From assembly GCA_963755715.1 (NCBI GenBank), contig CAVWLW010000024.1, forward strand, positions 1-64,000: a stretch of 64,000 bases of DNA, read 5' to 3'. Under the pieces are notes generated by a model. The model was not told where the DNA came from. It saw nothing but the letters and a program-made list of their open reading frames with translations, and searched no databases. Made by a program: the position numbers and the translations under genes. This document shows positions 1-9,971 of this stretch, piece after piece. This stretch comes from an uncultured delta proteobacterium (GTDB lineage Bacteria > Desulfobacterota > Binatia > UBA9968). How positions within the stretch are numbered: position 1 is the stretch's first letter; the number at the start of each line of letters is the position of its first letter.

Positions 1-638
1 TGAGACCGAAGGCGGGTGCGTTCCCTTGGCGAGCGATTGTCGCGCCGTTGCCTTCAATAGTGATCGGACTGGCGATCGGCGGCAGACCGACGGGGAGCCG
101 AATTGGCCATAGGTCTAGCATATCCGGCACTAAGCATCACGTTAGCGTTCGCCGGCAGCACAATCGTATCCGCTCCACTACCCGCGGCGCAGTCAGGGAG
201 TCGCTGCATCGTTGTTGGCGTTGACGATGGCTTCGATCAGCGAGCACTGGCCGTCCGCTATGATGTTAGGATTGTTTGTCGTGACGGTGATCGTGGCCGC
301 CGTGGCCACTCCTTGTCCCAACGCGAGCAGTAAAGCGGCACCGGCCAAGGACCAAGCCATCCGATGCTGTAGTCGTCGTCCGCGGTGCTGCAAGTATTCT
401 GGAAAGATCGCAGCCAGCTCGCTGGAGCGCGCGATTCGTCGCTGGAGCGCACGCCGCGCACTGCGGGGCAAAGCGCGCAGTCCGCGTAACACGCCGCAAA
501 GCGCGCAAACAGCTCGCTCTCACGCGTGGCTAACTTCTCGGCAAGCCAGGAAGTCTTGTCGACTTCTTTGACCTGAGAATCCCAGGCGGCTGCGATGGTA
601 GGGTCGGGATACGACGAATATAGATCGAAGTAGTTCAT
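1..638 (-). CDS. Secreted CSLREA-domain surface protein, N-terminal part (frameshifted; runs off the window edge)
   Basis: ORFs 258..638 and 193..492 join across an indel. A signal peptide (WSLAGAALLLALGQGVATA) is followed by ATITVTT...DGQCSLIEAIVNANND and CAAGSGADTIVLP, typical of the CSLREA domain. RBS GAAGGAG lies upstream of 638. Confidence 0.7.
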
Positions 639-659
639 GGGATCTCCTTCCTAAGTTTT

Positions 660-800
660 GAAAATTCGAAATCCGAATATCGAAATCCTAAACAAACGAA
701 GCAGTCAAATCCGAAATCCAAAACGAGCTTGTTTGGAACTTTGTGCTATTTGATCTTTTGGATTTGTTTCGAATTTCGGATTTCGAGATTCGTGCTTTTC
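660..800. repeat. Imperfect palindrome built from ~7-nt units (TTCGAAA/TCCGAAA ... TTTCGAA/TTTCGGA)
   Basis: Left arm gaaaattcgaaatccgaatatcgaaatcctaaacaaa approximates the reverse complement of right arm tttgtttcgaatttcggatttcgagattcgtgcttttc. Confidence 0.75.
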
Positions 801-1943
801 GCTGTCTGACGTTTCTGCAAGTCGCTCTATCGGGGCAGCAGATGGCAACTGGTTTGCCTCGGTGCGTAAGACCACGTCGGCCAATGCATCGTCCGGTAGC
901 ACGTAAGAATGGGCGAGCCGCTCATCGTTCCATTCCAGCAATTCGGGGAAGCGCATCCCGCGCAGCACCTGTACGGCGAAGATCTCTTGCACGCCGGCTT
1001 CGAAGCGCAGGAATCCAACCGTCTGGCCGGTCTCGATATTGACCACCCACACTCCACAGGTGCGCTCGCGCACCCGCTCGACCAACGGGATGCCGCTGAA
1101 ACCGCGCTCTCACGCACCTGCGAGAGGCCGATGAAAGCCAGCGGTCCGACAAAGTCGATGCCCCGCGTGAAACCTGGGAGTTGTGCGACGGTCTGCCACG
1201 TGCGGCGTTCCAGATCGACTTGAGCCAAGCTTCCTTCGCCGGATTCGAGCAGCCAGAGTTTTCCTTGATGCCAGCGCGGCGAGTGCGGCATGGACAGTCC
1301 GCGGAGCAGGATTTCATTGTTCTCTACGTCCATCAGGATGCCGCCTTTGGCCTTGTTTTCGCGCCAGACCGCCGAGCGTATCGGTTTCTCCCAGCGCGGT
1401 GACGTACTTAGGACGACCATCGACCATGGCGAGGCCATTCAAATGACAGCGGTCTTCAGGGGCCAACGCGCTGACAAACGGCGGGCGCCAGCGCGGATAG
1501 AAACTATGCTCGGCGTCGAGCGTGCAAAGACAACAGAAGCGGGTGTTGACCAGCCAAAGCTCGTTGTTGCCATCCCGCGCAAGCTCGTGGATGTCGATGT
1601 CGCCGGTGACATGAATGCGGCGCGGCAGATAGCAGGCGTCGTGCTTTCCCGCCGGCTCCAGCTTTTTCGCCAATGCCGGCATGTTGTGATACTCCCAGAC
1701 GGTGTTGGCGCCGCCGATAGTCAGCCGGCTGTGGTCGGCGACGATACCCATCGGCTTAGCGAATGTTCGGAAGTGAGTGTTGAGCGTGCCGTTGTCACTT
1801 CGCACGACGATCGCTTTACCCGCTTGATAAGTGGAGACGATCAGACTGATCCCGAGCTGGTCAAATATTTCGGGCAGATTCGAAGTATGTACGCTGCGCA
1901 GGTCAGCCGTATTTTCCGATTGGGGTTCGCTCTGGGCCATCAT
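705..1943 (-). CDS. TIGR03032 / DUF4915 family protein (frameshifted; 3' end uncertain)
   Basis: Pieces in ORFs 1314..2114, 827..1438 and 705..1085 carry family motifs STYQAGK, TGDIDIHE, NTRFCCLCTL, PEDRCHLNGLAM, GLSMPHSPRW, LPGFTRG and GLSQVRES. Confidence 0.85.
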
Positions 1944-1990
1944 TGCGGTTGATCCATTCAGCAACCACAATGCCAACGGAGAAAAGAAGA

Positions 1991-2224
1991 CTAAGTTATT
2001 GAGTAACCGCAGCCGGTGTTCCCTGCGATCAATCCTGGTTGATTGTTGCTGCCGGATGCAGGTGCCGGGGCTTTTGCCGACTGAGCCCAGAGCCCAGGGA
2101 CAAGGCACAGGCAAATTGCACCAAACAGAAACGAGAGAATTGCCACTCTGAATTTATGTGAAGTGCTGAGCGGCAAGCCCGTCGCCAGTCCGGCCATCGC
2201 TACTGAAAATTTCCATCGTTTCAT
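1991..2224 (-). CDS. Small secreted hypothetical protein or truncated gene remnant
   Basis: RBS AGGGAG and a signal-peptide-like hydrophobic stretch ending LWAQSA. It lies downstream of the sigma-54 promoter at 2418-2434. Confidence 0.4.
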   Translation of the reverse strand: MKRWKFSVAMAGLATGLPLSTSHKFRVAILSFLFGAICLCLVPGLWAQSAKAPAPASGSNNQPGLIAGNTGCGYSIT

Positions 2225-2417
2225 GATTTTATCTCCCTATGTTTTTTTGACTCGACAATAATTAATGACGATCCCGGAGCGCTCACAGTGAAGTAATTTG
2301 CTGATTCAGCCGGACAAATTAGGAGCTGTGTTTTCCATAACAATTTTCCTCCTCGTAATTTCTTTGCTAACTGTCTCTACTGCGATTCGTGGGAAACGAG
2401 TTCTGCGCCGATTGCAA

Positions 2418-2434
2418 AGCAACCGCAGTGCCAG
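2418..2434 (-). promoter_or_regulatory. Sigma-54 (-24/-12) promoter
   Basis: Minus strand reads CTGGCACTGCGGTTGCT (GG-N10-GC, near-perfect consensus). An IHF-like site (taagtgattga) sits at about 2450-2460. Confidence 0.8.
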
Positions 2435-2508
2435 CGAGAGAAGTTCGGCTAAGTGATTGAGTTGATGAAAGAGCTGGTAAAGAAAATGCTCACCGGACGG
2501 ATAGCGAA

Positions 2509-2547
2509 GGTGTTTCTTATGCCACCACAGGTGTGTTAAAAGCCACC
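2509..2547. promoter_or_regulatory. Tandem operator / upstream activator sequence, copy 1
   Basis: GGTGTTTCTTATGCCACC-aca-GGTGTGTTAAAAGCCACC. Confidence 0.75.
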
Positions 2548-2882
2548 GTCTTTCTACGGCCAGCGCCAAAGAACCGGATTAGGCTACCGAGGTGATTAGG
2601 AATAATCTCGCTTGACGAGATTGTTAGCGCGAGAAAGGAGAGCGCGTTGAGAAAACTGAATACGTAAATCGACGCAGGTCTATTGAAGATGTGTCTCAAT
2701 GAAACTAAAACGTCCGGGCCCCAGATCTTCGTGCCGCGCACGCAGAAACTGTGTCCATCGCTGGGTCCGGTGCCGAAGGCGGGATAAACTTTTGCTTCTA
2801 CCGGTTGACCGGCTTTTCGAACTTCTTCGCTCAGAATCGTCGCACTTGATATCGGATCATTTCATTTAGCGCGAGTTCACTT

Positions 2883-3484
2883 TTACCTAGTACCAAACTT
2901 GACGAGTTCAATTGTTGCCGTGCCATCCCCAATTCGTACTTGGCTTCAACAATGCATTTGGTTTCTGGACTGTAATAGAATGTGTTCGTTCTTCTCTCGC
3001 CCCCACGAACAATGGTCCTGACGAGTTTAAAAGTGCGAAATGTGCCGGCGGGCGTGGTCACTTCCTCGATCCCAGGCACCTCTGCGTAAACGTGTAATAG
3101 TTCTTTACGCCGAGCACCGGTTGGCTGATCCGTATAATTCAGTTCCCATTTTTGGCCGACGGCGAGGGGGAATTTTAGGTATTGTCCGCCGTAGTAATTG
3201 CCCTGGCCAAACATCGCTAATAGACGTCCTGCTTGCGCGTGAGTACGGTCGAAGGATTCTTTCACATCTGCTTCTGAAATCTTAAACGTTTTTCCTGTGA
3301 AGGATGCCTGATAGATACCCTTTAATGCGCGACTCGTAGAAGACGCTCTAGATTCTTTAATATCGAATTGCCAAAATTCCCCGATCCTGTAATCGGGGGC
3401 AGGCGCTTCTTGCTGTCCATAAGCGGCGATCGCAATAAAACAAAATATTGCTGTCTCAAAAGAAAACAATGTTAAGGCCTTCAT
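2883..3484 (-). CDS. Secreted beta-rich hypothetical protein (LKFPLAVGQKW / TTPAGTF motifs)
   Basis: ORF 2831..3484 with signal peptide and RBS AAGGAG. A probable indel near the 3' end gives ...DGTATIELVKFGTR* ending at 2883. Confidence 0.7.
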
Positions 3485-3569
3485 GGCCTCATCTCTCCTT
3501 GTTCGGCAGCCGCGTCATTATCTACGATTCGATCTTCGTCATGCGAGGCGTTTGTGCTGGAGGGTAATG

Positions 3570-3586
3570 AGCAATCGAAATGCCAG
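3570..3586 (-). promoter_or_regulatory. Sigma-54 promoter for the 2883..3484 gene
   Basis: Minus strand reads CTGGCATTTCGATTGCT (GG-N10-GC). Confidence 0.75.
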
Positions 3587-3660
3587 CAGGAAGGTGCTCG
3601 GATAAATTGTTTAGTTGATGATAGAGCGATATTTAGAAAGCTTACAGAAAGGTTAATAGC

Positions 3661-3699
3661 GGTGGCTTTTTTGACACCATAGGTGCCTTAAAAGCCACT
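3661..3699. promoter_or_regulatory. Tandem operator / upstream activator sequence, copy 2 (between divergent sigma-54 promoters)
   Basis: GGTGGCTTTTTTGACACC-ata-GGTGCCTTAAAAGCCACT. Confidence 0.75.
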
Positions 3700-3790
3700 G
3701 TGTTTGCGGCGACGATTATGCGGTTAATGGCGCTCGCTAGAAATGTTTGCTAACTCAACGTCTTCCCAAAATGATTTTATGCACTTCTCG

Positions 3791-3807
3791 TTGGCATTCC
3801 CTTTGCC
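3791..3807 (+). promoter_or_regulatory. Sigma-54 promoter for the SBP-kinase operon
   Basis: TTGGCATTCCCTTTGCC (GG-N10-GC). Confidence 0.75.
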
Positions 3808-3967
3808 GCTAGCCAAAAGGTTGCAATGGATTCAAATTGCTGGAAGCGCATCGCCACAAATCAAACAGTGCGCGGCGTGTGTGTTGGAGCCACCGCAGCA
3901 ATCCCGATCTAACGATCAATGTGCGAGAAGCCGGTTCCGTGTTATACGGGGCTATCAAGTGAAGGAT

Positions 3968-4972
3968 ATGAAAACCTGGCTATCGGGATTGCTGATTGCT
4001 GTGCTGTTGGCGTTAACGGCAGGTTTTGCCCAAGCGCAGCAGTCCGCGAAAATGCCGCAGATAGGATATTTGAATACCCATATCCGTCGGTCCACTTCTT
4101 CCTCCTCTGATCGGCCCCGAGGAATGAGGGAGCCGTTCCTGGAGGGCCTGCGCGAGCTTGGTTATGTTGAAGGACAGAACATTATTATTAACTCCCGCAT
4201 TGGCGAGGAAGGACAATTTCGCGAGCTAGCGGCCGAGTTAGTGCGGCTCAAGATGGACGTGATCGTCGCTCAAGCACCAGCTATTCGCGCCGCAGTGAGC
4301 GCAACTACGACGATTCCAATTGTAACGATTTTTCCCGGTGACCCAGTTCTCAACGGATTCGTCGCAAGTTTAGAGCGGCCAGGAGGTAATGTTACCGGTG
4401 TTGGCGGCGTTAGCTTGGAGTTGGGCGGGAAATGGTTGGAACTAATAAAGGAAACAATTCCGAGTGCAAAGCGGGTGGCGGTTTTCTGGAATAGGAGAGC
4501 AGAAGAAACGTTTCCGCTATGGAGAAGTGTTGACTCAACCGCTCGTGCTCTCGGAGTCGATGTACGATGGGAGGAAGTGGGCCCCGAGGCCGCATCTTGG
4601 TTATTTCGCCGCCTCAGATCGGCTGCCTTGAGACAGGCGGATGCTTTCATCGTTCTGCCGGGTTTAGGTGGTAGAAACATGGAGGATATCGCCGAGTTTG
4701 GCATAAGAAACCATATTCCAGGTATTTTCTCGCGAACTGACTTGGATTTGGAGCAGATGGGCGGCCTCATGGCCTATGGCGCCAACCGCGCTGAACAATC
4801 CCGCCGGGCGGCATATTTCGTCGACAAAATCCTCAAAGGCGCCAAGCCGGCGGAGCTGCCGGTGGAATCACCAAAAAGTTTCGAGTTCGTCATTAACCTT
4901 AAAGCGGCAAAAGAAATCGGCATCACCGTCCCGGCCCGAGTGCTCGCTTGGGCTGATCGAGTGATTAAATGA
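3968..4972 (+). CDS. ABC-type substrate-binding protein (ABC_sub_bind family)
   Basis: Start at MKTWLSGLL after RBS GAAGGA, with signal peptide. Motifs FLEGLRELGYVEGQN, ASLERPGGNVTG and VDKILKGAKPAELPVE. Confidence 0.9.
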   Translation: MKTWLSGLLIAVLLALTAGFAQAQQSAKMPQIGYLNTHIRRSTSSSSDRPRGMREPFLEGLRELGYVEGQNIIINSRIGEEGQFRELAAELVRLKMDVIVAQAPAIRAAVSATTTIPIVTIFPGDPVLNGFVASLERPGGNVTGVGGVSLELGGKWLELIKETIPSAKRVAVFWNRRAEETFPLWRSVDSTARALGVDVRWEEVGPEAASWLFRRLRSAALRQADAFIVLPGLGGRNMEDIAEFGIRNHIPGIFSRTDLDLEQMGGLMAYGANRAEQSRRAAYFVDKILKGAKPAELPVESPKSFEFVINLKAAKEIGITVPARVLAWADRVIK

Positions 4973-6879
4973 CTGTGAATTTCATAACAGCACAGGTGCG
5001 AGACTTCGTGATCCGGATTTTCCGTACTCGCAGGCGCGAACGCTTGATAAGAAACTACTTTTTCATCTCGGTAATTTTGATCGCCGGCGGTTTAATTTCC
5101 GCGGATATTTTAGAGATCTACTTCCGTTACAAGGAGGGACTGGAACAGATTGGTCTGACGCAGCAAGACGCTGCAACCGGGGCAGCCTTAAGAATTGAGC
5201 GATTTATTCAGGATATCGCAACAACGATGAAAGCCGTCACCAAGAGCGCAGATATCAGATCATCAAAAAAGAGGATGGACTATGAGTTCGAATTGAAGCG
5301 ACTTTTCTTTTTAGCCCCGGCGATCACCGAAGCATTAGTTCTGGACACCGAGGGTGTCATACAGGCGCGAGTGTCGCGTTTTCGCGCTGTCTCTCCTTTC
5401 CTCAAGAGAGATCTTTCGCGCTCAGCTGCCTTCCAGCAATCAAGTTCGGGGAAATCCTATTTCGGAACAGTCTACTTCCGAGATAATGATCCATACGTTT
5501 CCGTTGCCGTTCCCATTGAGCCCTTTCCGGGCGAATTCGTGGGTGTTCTTCAAGCAGAGGCCAGCCTTACTGATATTTTAGACCTGGTCTCTTCGGCTAA
5601 ATTTGGAAAGGAGGGTTACGCATATGTCGTTTCCAGTTCCGGCGATCTTGTCGCCCACCCACGCAAAAATTTGCTGTTGCAACGACACAGCGTGGGCCAA
5701 CTCAATCAAGTGAAGGCGGCTTTTCTGTCGAGCCCAGACGCATTCAAGCCAAAAGCAATCGTAACGCAAAGCATAGAGGGGCAAACAGTTTTCAGCTCTT
5801 ACGCACTCATCCCGATCCTTGACTGGGCTGTGTTCATTGAACGACCTGTCGACGAAGCCTATGGGCCGATTTATGCTTCGTTGTTGCGCACGGCTATTCT
5901 GCTGTTCATAGGGCTCGGTGTCGCCTTGTTGGCTACTCTTCTGGTTCGCCGACGGGTGGTTCGTCCACTCGAAGCGCTCCGTAAAGGAGTGGAACTCATA
6001 CGCAAAGGTGACCTCAGCGCGCGGCTCGATATAAAAACTGGAGATGAGATCGAGGTGCTCGCCGACGAGTTTAATGCGATGGCGGCGCATCTTAACGACG
6101 CTTATTCGAGCCTTGAGCACAAGGTAGTTGAGCGCACTGAAGAGCTGATGACGGCCAATAATAAACTTGCCGAAGCGAGCAAGCTGAAGTCTCAGTTCCT
6201 GGCCAACGTAAACCATGAACTGCGGACGCCGCTTAGTTCGATTATTGGATACGCTCGTTTGGTGCGACGAGAAACCGAAGGGCAAATCTCGTCACTGCAG
6301 CGGGAGAATCTTGAAGATTTGCTGCGCAACGCCGAGCGTCTATTGGGGCTCATCGACAGCCTGCTGGATTTTGCCAAGATCGAGGCGGGAAAGATTGAGG
6401 TTCAACTTGAACCGGTGAGGCTCGACGAGCTGATTCAAGGCGCAGCGGCGACCATCGAACCGATGCTGAACAAGAACTCGGTGCGGCTCGTTCGTGATGT
6501 CCCGCGCCATCTTATGCCGTTGTATACGGATCGTGAAAAGCTGCGCCAAATCATTCTCAATTTGCTCGGCAACGCGGTGAAGTTTACAGAGCATGGCGAG
6601 ATCAAGATTATCGCCTCGCAGCAAAACGGATCGTTGCAACTTGTAGTCTCGGACACGGGAATTGGTATTGGAAAAGAGGACTTGAATAAGATCTTCGAGG
6701 AGTTTTACCAAGCGGATTTGTCAACCAACAAATATCGAGGCACCGGTCTTGGGCTGGCGATCGTTAAGAGATTCGTAAGCCTTTTGGGTGGGAAGATTGA
6801 CGTCGCAAGTGAAGAGGGTAAAGGAGCAAACTTCACAGTCACGCTGCCTTTAGATCATGAAGATAGGCCACGCGTCTAA
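4969..6879 (+). CDS. Sensor histidine kinase (TM-Cache-TM-HAMP-HisKA-HATPase)
   Basis: H-box FLANVNHELRTPL, N-box NLLGNAVKFT, G-boxes DTGIGI and GTGLGL. Overlaps the upstream stop region. Confidence 0.95.
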   Translation: MTVNFITAQVRDFVIRIFRTRRRERLIRNYFFISVILIAGGLISADILEIYFRYKEGLEQIGLTQQDAATGAALRIERFIQDIATTMKAVTKSADIRSSKKRMDYEFELKRLFFLAPAITEALVLDTEGVIQARVSRFRAVSPFLKRDLSRSAAFQQSSSGKSYFGTVYFRDNDPYVSVAVPIEPFPGEFVGVLQAEASLTDILDLVSSAKFGKEGYAYVVSSSGDLVAHPRKNLLLQRHSVGQLNQVKAAFLSSPDAFKPKAIVTQSIEGQTVFSSYALIPILDWAVFIERPVDEAYGPIYASLLRTAILLFIGLGVALLATLLVRRRVVRPLEALRKGVELIRKGDLSARLDIKTGDEIEVLADEFNAMAAHLNDAYSSLEHKVVERTEELMTANNKLAEASKLKSQFLANVNHELRTPLSSIIGYARLVRRETEGQISSLQRENLEDLLRNAERLLGLIDSLLDFAKIEAGKIEVQLEPVRLDELIQGAAATIEPMLNKNSVRLVRDVPRHLMPLYTDREKLRQIILNLLGNAVKFTEHGEIKIIASQQNGSLQLVVSDTGIGIGKEDLNKIFEEFYQADLSTNKYRGTGLGLAIVKRFVSLLGGKIDVASEEGKGANFTVTLPLDHEDRPRV

Positions 6880-6898
6880 AATATAAAGAAGACCCAGC

Positions 6899-6960
6899 GT
6901 GGGCAGAGAGATTCTGGTCGTGGGTGACGACCATCTAACAGGAATTTTCTAGGGAGATAA
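6899..6960 (+). pseudogene. Decayed N-terminal remnant of a response-regulator receiver domain
   Basis: Reads VGREILVVGDD / PSNRNFLG across a 1-nt slip, resembling [17 protein letters not shown] of the regulator at 11482. Confidence 0.55.
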
Positions 6961-7072
6961 AAAAGAAGGTCTGGCCCGAGTCGTGCCCTAAACAACTCAT
7001 GACTCAAGCCTGGCTAAGCGATTGCGTCGATAAGAGAGGTTGTAAGAAACGCATTCATTATACTGAAGCAAT

Positions 7073-7111
7073 GGTGGAGTTTCCGCCACCCTAGGTGTCT
7101 TAAAAGCCACC
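7073..7111. promoter_or_regulatory. Tandem operator / upstream activator sequence, copy 3
   Basis: GGTGGAGTTTCCGCCACC-cta-GGTGTCTTAAAAGCCACC. Confidence 0.75.
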
Positions 7112-7204
7112 GCGTTTCCTAGGTTGTGGGTCTGAACGACGACGTTAGGAAGAAATTTATTTGGTAACGCCATAACTTCGCAAACCCGTTGTTGAGTTTC
7201 GCAG

Positions 7205-7221
7205 TTGGCATTTCCTTTGCC
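7205..7221 (+). promoter_or_regulatory. Sigma-54 promoter for the SBP-SBP-SCO-HK-RR operon
   Basis: TTGGCATTTCCTTTGCC (GG-N10-GC), about 60 nt upstream of ATG 7281. Confidence 0.8.
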
Positions 7222-7280
7222 TTTAATCCACGGACGTACTGCATGCTCAGAATATGAACTACAAATAAAAGGAGACTTTT

Positions 7281-8302
7281 ATGAGTAATCAGCGATCCGA
7301 AGGCTGGAGCCGAAGGGAATTTCTGACGAAGGTGGCGCTTGCGGGTACCGCGGGATACCTCGGCCTTGAGCGTAGTTCACTTGCGGCGGAGCCACCACCG
7401 GAGACGACGCGAATCCGGTTGGTGCAGACCCCAGGCATTTGCGCCGCACCTGAGTACGTTGGCAAGGAGCTGTTAGCCGACGAGGGTTTCAAAGATATTC
7501 AGTACGTGCCAGATAACTAGCGTCGATCCGTTTCCGACTGATGGCCTCGGGAGACATCGACATCATGCAGGCGTTCGTCTCTCAATTCCTAATTAGCGCG
7601 GACGCCGGCGCACCGATCACTCTGCTTGGGGGTGTTCATCCGGGGTGCTACGAGCTCTGTAAGCACGGGTCAGATCCGAGCGATCCGCGACCTGAAAGGT
7701 AAGTCCGTCGGCGTGCCCGCCATGGGTTCGGGCCACCACGTATTTCTCGCCAGCATGGCGGCGTATGTGGGCCTTGATCCGCGAAAAGATATCAATTGGG
7801 TCATTCACAAACCGGCGGAGTCGGCGGCTTTGCTCGCCGAACATAAAGTGGATGCGCTCATGGCTTTTCCTCCTATACCCCAGGAGTTGCGCCGGAAGAA
7901 CATTGGTCGTGTGATAGTGAACAGCGCCGTGGATCTGCCATGGTCTCAATACTTTTGCTGCGTGGTGCGGCAAACCGGGAGTTCGTGCGCAAGCACCCTG
8001 TCGCCACCAAGCGGGCATTTCGTGCGATCTTGAAGGCAACGGATATTTGTGCGCTTGAGCCGGAACGGGCCGCCAAATATATAGTGGACAACGGCTTTAC
8101 TAAGGAGTACCAATCTGCCCTTCAGACTCTGAAAGAGATGCCTTATACAAAGTGGCGCGAGTACGATCCCGAGGACACGGTGCGCTTTTACGCTTTGATT
8201 CTGCATGACATCGACATGATCAAGTCGAGCCCCAATAAGATCATCGCCCAAGCCACAGACTGGCGGTTTCTGAGAGAACTCAAAAAAGAGCTCAAGGGAT
8301 AG
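7281..8302 (+). CDS. Tat-exported NMT1/THI5(SsuA)-like substrate-binding protein, copy 1 (frameshifted)
   Basis: ORFs 7281..7520, 7626..8033 and 7940..8302 are colinear with the intact paralog at 8347. Twin-arginine motif SRREFL. Confidence 0.85.
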
Positions 8303-8346
8303 TATTCAAAGGGGGAGCGACGAGACCGCGAAAGAAGGAGGTCCTT

Positions 8347-9360
8347 GTGAGCAATCGACAATCAGAAGGCTGGAGTCGGAGGGAGTTTCTGACGAAGGTG
8401 GCGCTTGCCGGTACCGCGGGATACCTCGGCCTTGAGCGTAGTTCACTTGCGGCGGAGCCACCACCGGAGACGACGCGAATTCGGCTGTTAGATACCCCTG
8501 GGATTTGCTCAGCGCCAGAACACGTGGTCAAGGAGTTGTTACCGGACGAGGGGTTTCGCGATATCCAGTTCATACGAGATAATAACATGAACGCTGCAAC
8601 CGACTTTGCCTCGGGCGCGATCGATATCACCATGGCGTTCGTCTCGGAATTTGTCGTTGGTGCGGATGCCGGAATACCGATCACTATGCTCGGGGGCGTT
8701 CATCCTGGGTGTTTCGAGCTCTTTGGCACTGGTCAAATCCGTGCGATTCGCGACCTTAAGGGTAAGTCCGTAGGCGTGCCGGCGATTAACTCGGGCCATC
8801 ACTTATTTGTCGCCAGCATGGCGGCCTATGTGGGTCTCGATCCGCGCAAGGATATCAATTGGGTCGTATACAAACCGTCAGAGCCGGCGGCATTGCTAGC
8901 CGACGGTAAACTGGATGCTCTCATAGCCTTTCCTCCCATACCCCAGGAGTTACGGGAGAAAAAGATCGGTCATGTGATAGTAACCAGCGCCGTTGATCTG
9001 CCATGGTCCCAGTACTTTTGCTGTGTGGTGGCGGCGAACCGGGAGTTCGTGCGCAAGAACCCTATCGCTACCAAGCGGGCATTTCGTGCGATGTTAAAGG
9101 CAACGGACATATGCGCGCTTGAGCCGGAGCGGGCCGCTAAAACTCTGGTTGACAGCGGCTTTAGTAGGAAGTACTCCCTTCAGACTCTGAAAGAGTTGCC
9201 CTATGCAAAGTGGCGCGAATATGATCCCGAAGACACCGTGCGTTTTTACGCTTTAATTCTGCATGACATTGGCAGGATCAAAGCTAGCCCCAATAAGATC
9301 ATTGCCGAGGCCACTGACTGGCGATTTCTCAAAGAATTAAAAAAGGAGCTGAAGGGTTGA
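8347..9360 (+). CDS. Tat-exported NMT1/THI5(SsuA)-like substrate-binding protein, copy 2
   Basis: SRREFL Tat motif; IRDLKGKSVGV, VGLDPRKDINW, PWSQYFCC and WREYDPEDTVRFYAL. Confidence 0.9.
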   Translation: MSNRQSEGWSRREFLTKVALAGTAGYLGLERSSLAAEPPPETTRIRLLDTPGICSAPEHVVKELLPDEGFRDIQFIRDNNMNAATDFASGAIDITMAFVSEFVVGADAGIPITMLGGVHPGCFELFGTGQIRAIRDLKGKSVGVPAINSGHHLFVASMAAYVGLDPRKDINWVVYKPSEPAALLADGKLDALIAFPPIPQELREKKIGHVIVTSAVDLPWSQYFCCVVAANREFVRKNPIATKRAFRAMLKATDICALEPERAAKTLVDSGFSRKYSLQTLKELPYAKWREYDPEDTVRFYALILHDIGRIKASPNKIIAEATDWRFLKELKKELKG

Positions 9361-9971
9361 CCGTGAATTTCCGAAATGTTTGTCCCACCGGGATGCTTGT
9401 CGTCCTTATACAGGTTGGCTGGCTAATGCCCATACCGAGTCAAGGAGCCCAGAAGGATGAGATCCTCTCGAAGATCGGGCCGGCTCCGGCGTTCACCCTC
9501 ACGACACAGGACGGAAAGAGGCTCTCCTTAAAAGATCTTGATGGGAAAGTGGTTGCCATCACTTTCATCTATACGGGTTGTGTCGATACCTGTCCTCTTC
9601 TCACGGCGAAGATGGCAGGGCTCCAACCTCATTTCGGCTCTAATTTCGGATCTAAGGTCTTCTTCATCTCAATCACTGTGGATCCGGAGCGTGACACGCC
9701 GGCGGTCCTCAAGCGCTATGCTGAGGCACACGGCGCCACCACGGCGGGCTGGGCGTTTCTCACGGGATCGTCGGCCGAGATCCGGCAGGTGGCGAAGCGC
9801 TACGGGATCTACTACAAAAGGAGGCCAGGTGGCGATGTGGACCATACCTTCCTGACATCCGTTGTCGACCCCAGCGGAACCCTTCGTGTCCAGTACATGG
9901 GCGTTCGATTTAATCCTGACGATCTTCTGCGAGACATTCAGACATTGCTTAGGGAAAGCCGAGGACAATGA
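9357..9971 (+). CDS. SCO1/SenC family protein
   Basis: FIYTGCVDTCP (CxxxC), SITVDPERDTP, WAFLTG and the conserved His in DVDHT. Confidence 0.92.
   Translation: MTVNFRNVCPTGMLVVLIQVGWLMPIPSQGAQKDEILSKIGPAPAFTLTTQDGKRLSLKDLDGKVVAITFIYTGCVDTCPLLTAKMAGLQPHFGSNFGSKVFFISITVDPERDTPAVLKRYAEAHGATTAGWAFLTGSSAEIRQVAKRYGIYYKRRPGGDVDHTFLTSVVDPSGTLRVQYMGVRFNPDDLLRDIQTLLRESRGQ

Noticed and set aside
2306-2308. TGA after MENTAPNLSG as selenocysteine
   Set aside because: No recognisable SECIS hairpin or homology; the readthrough product is short and featureless.
7518-7520. In-frame TAG in the first Tat SBP as pyrrolysine or readthrough
   Set aside because: The downstream homologous sequence is in a different frame, so the stop results from an indel.
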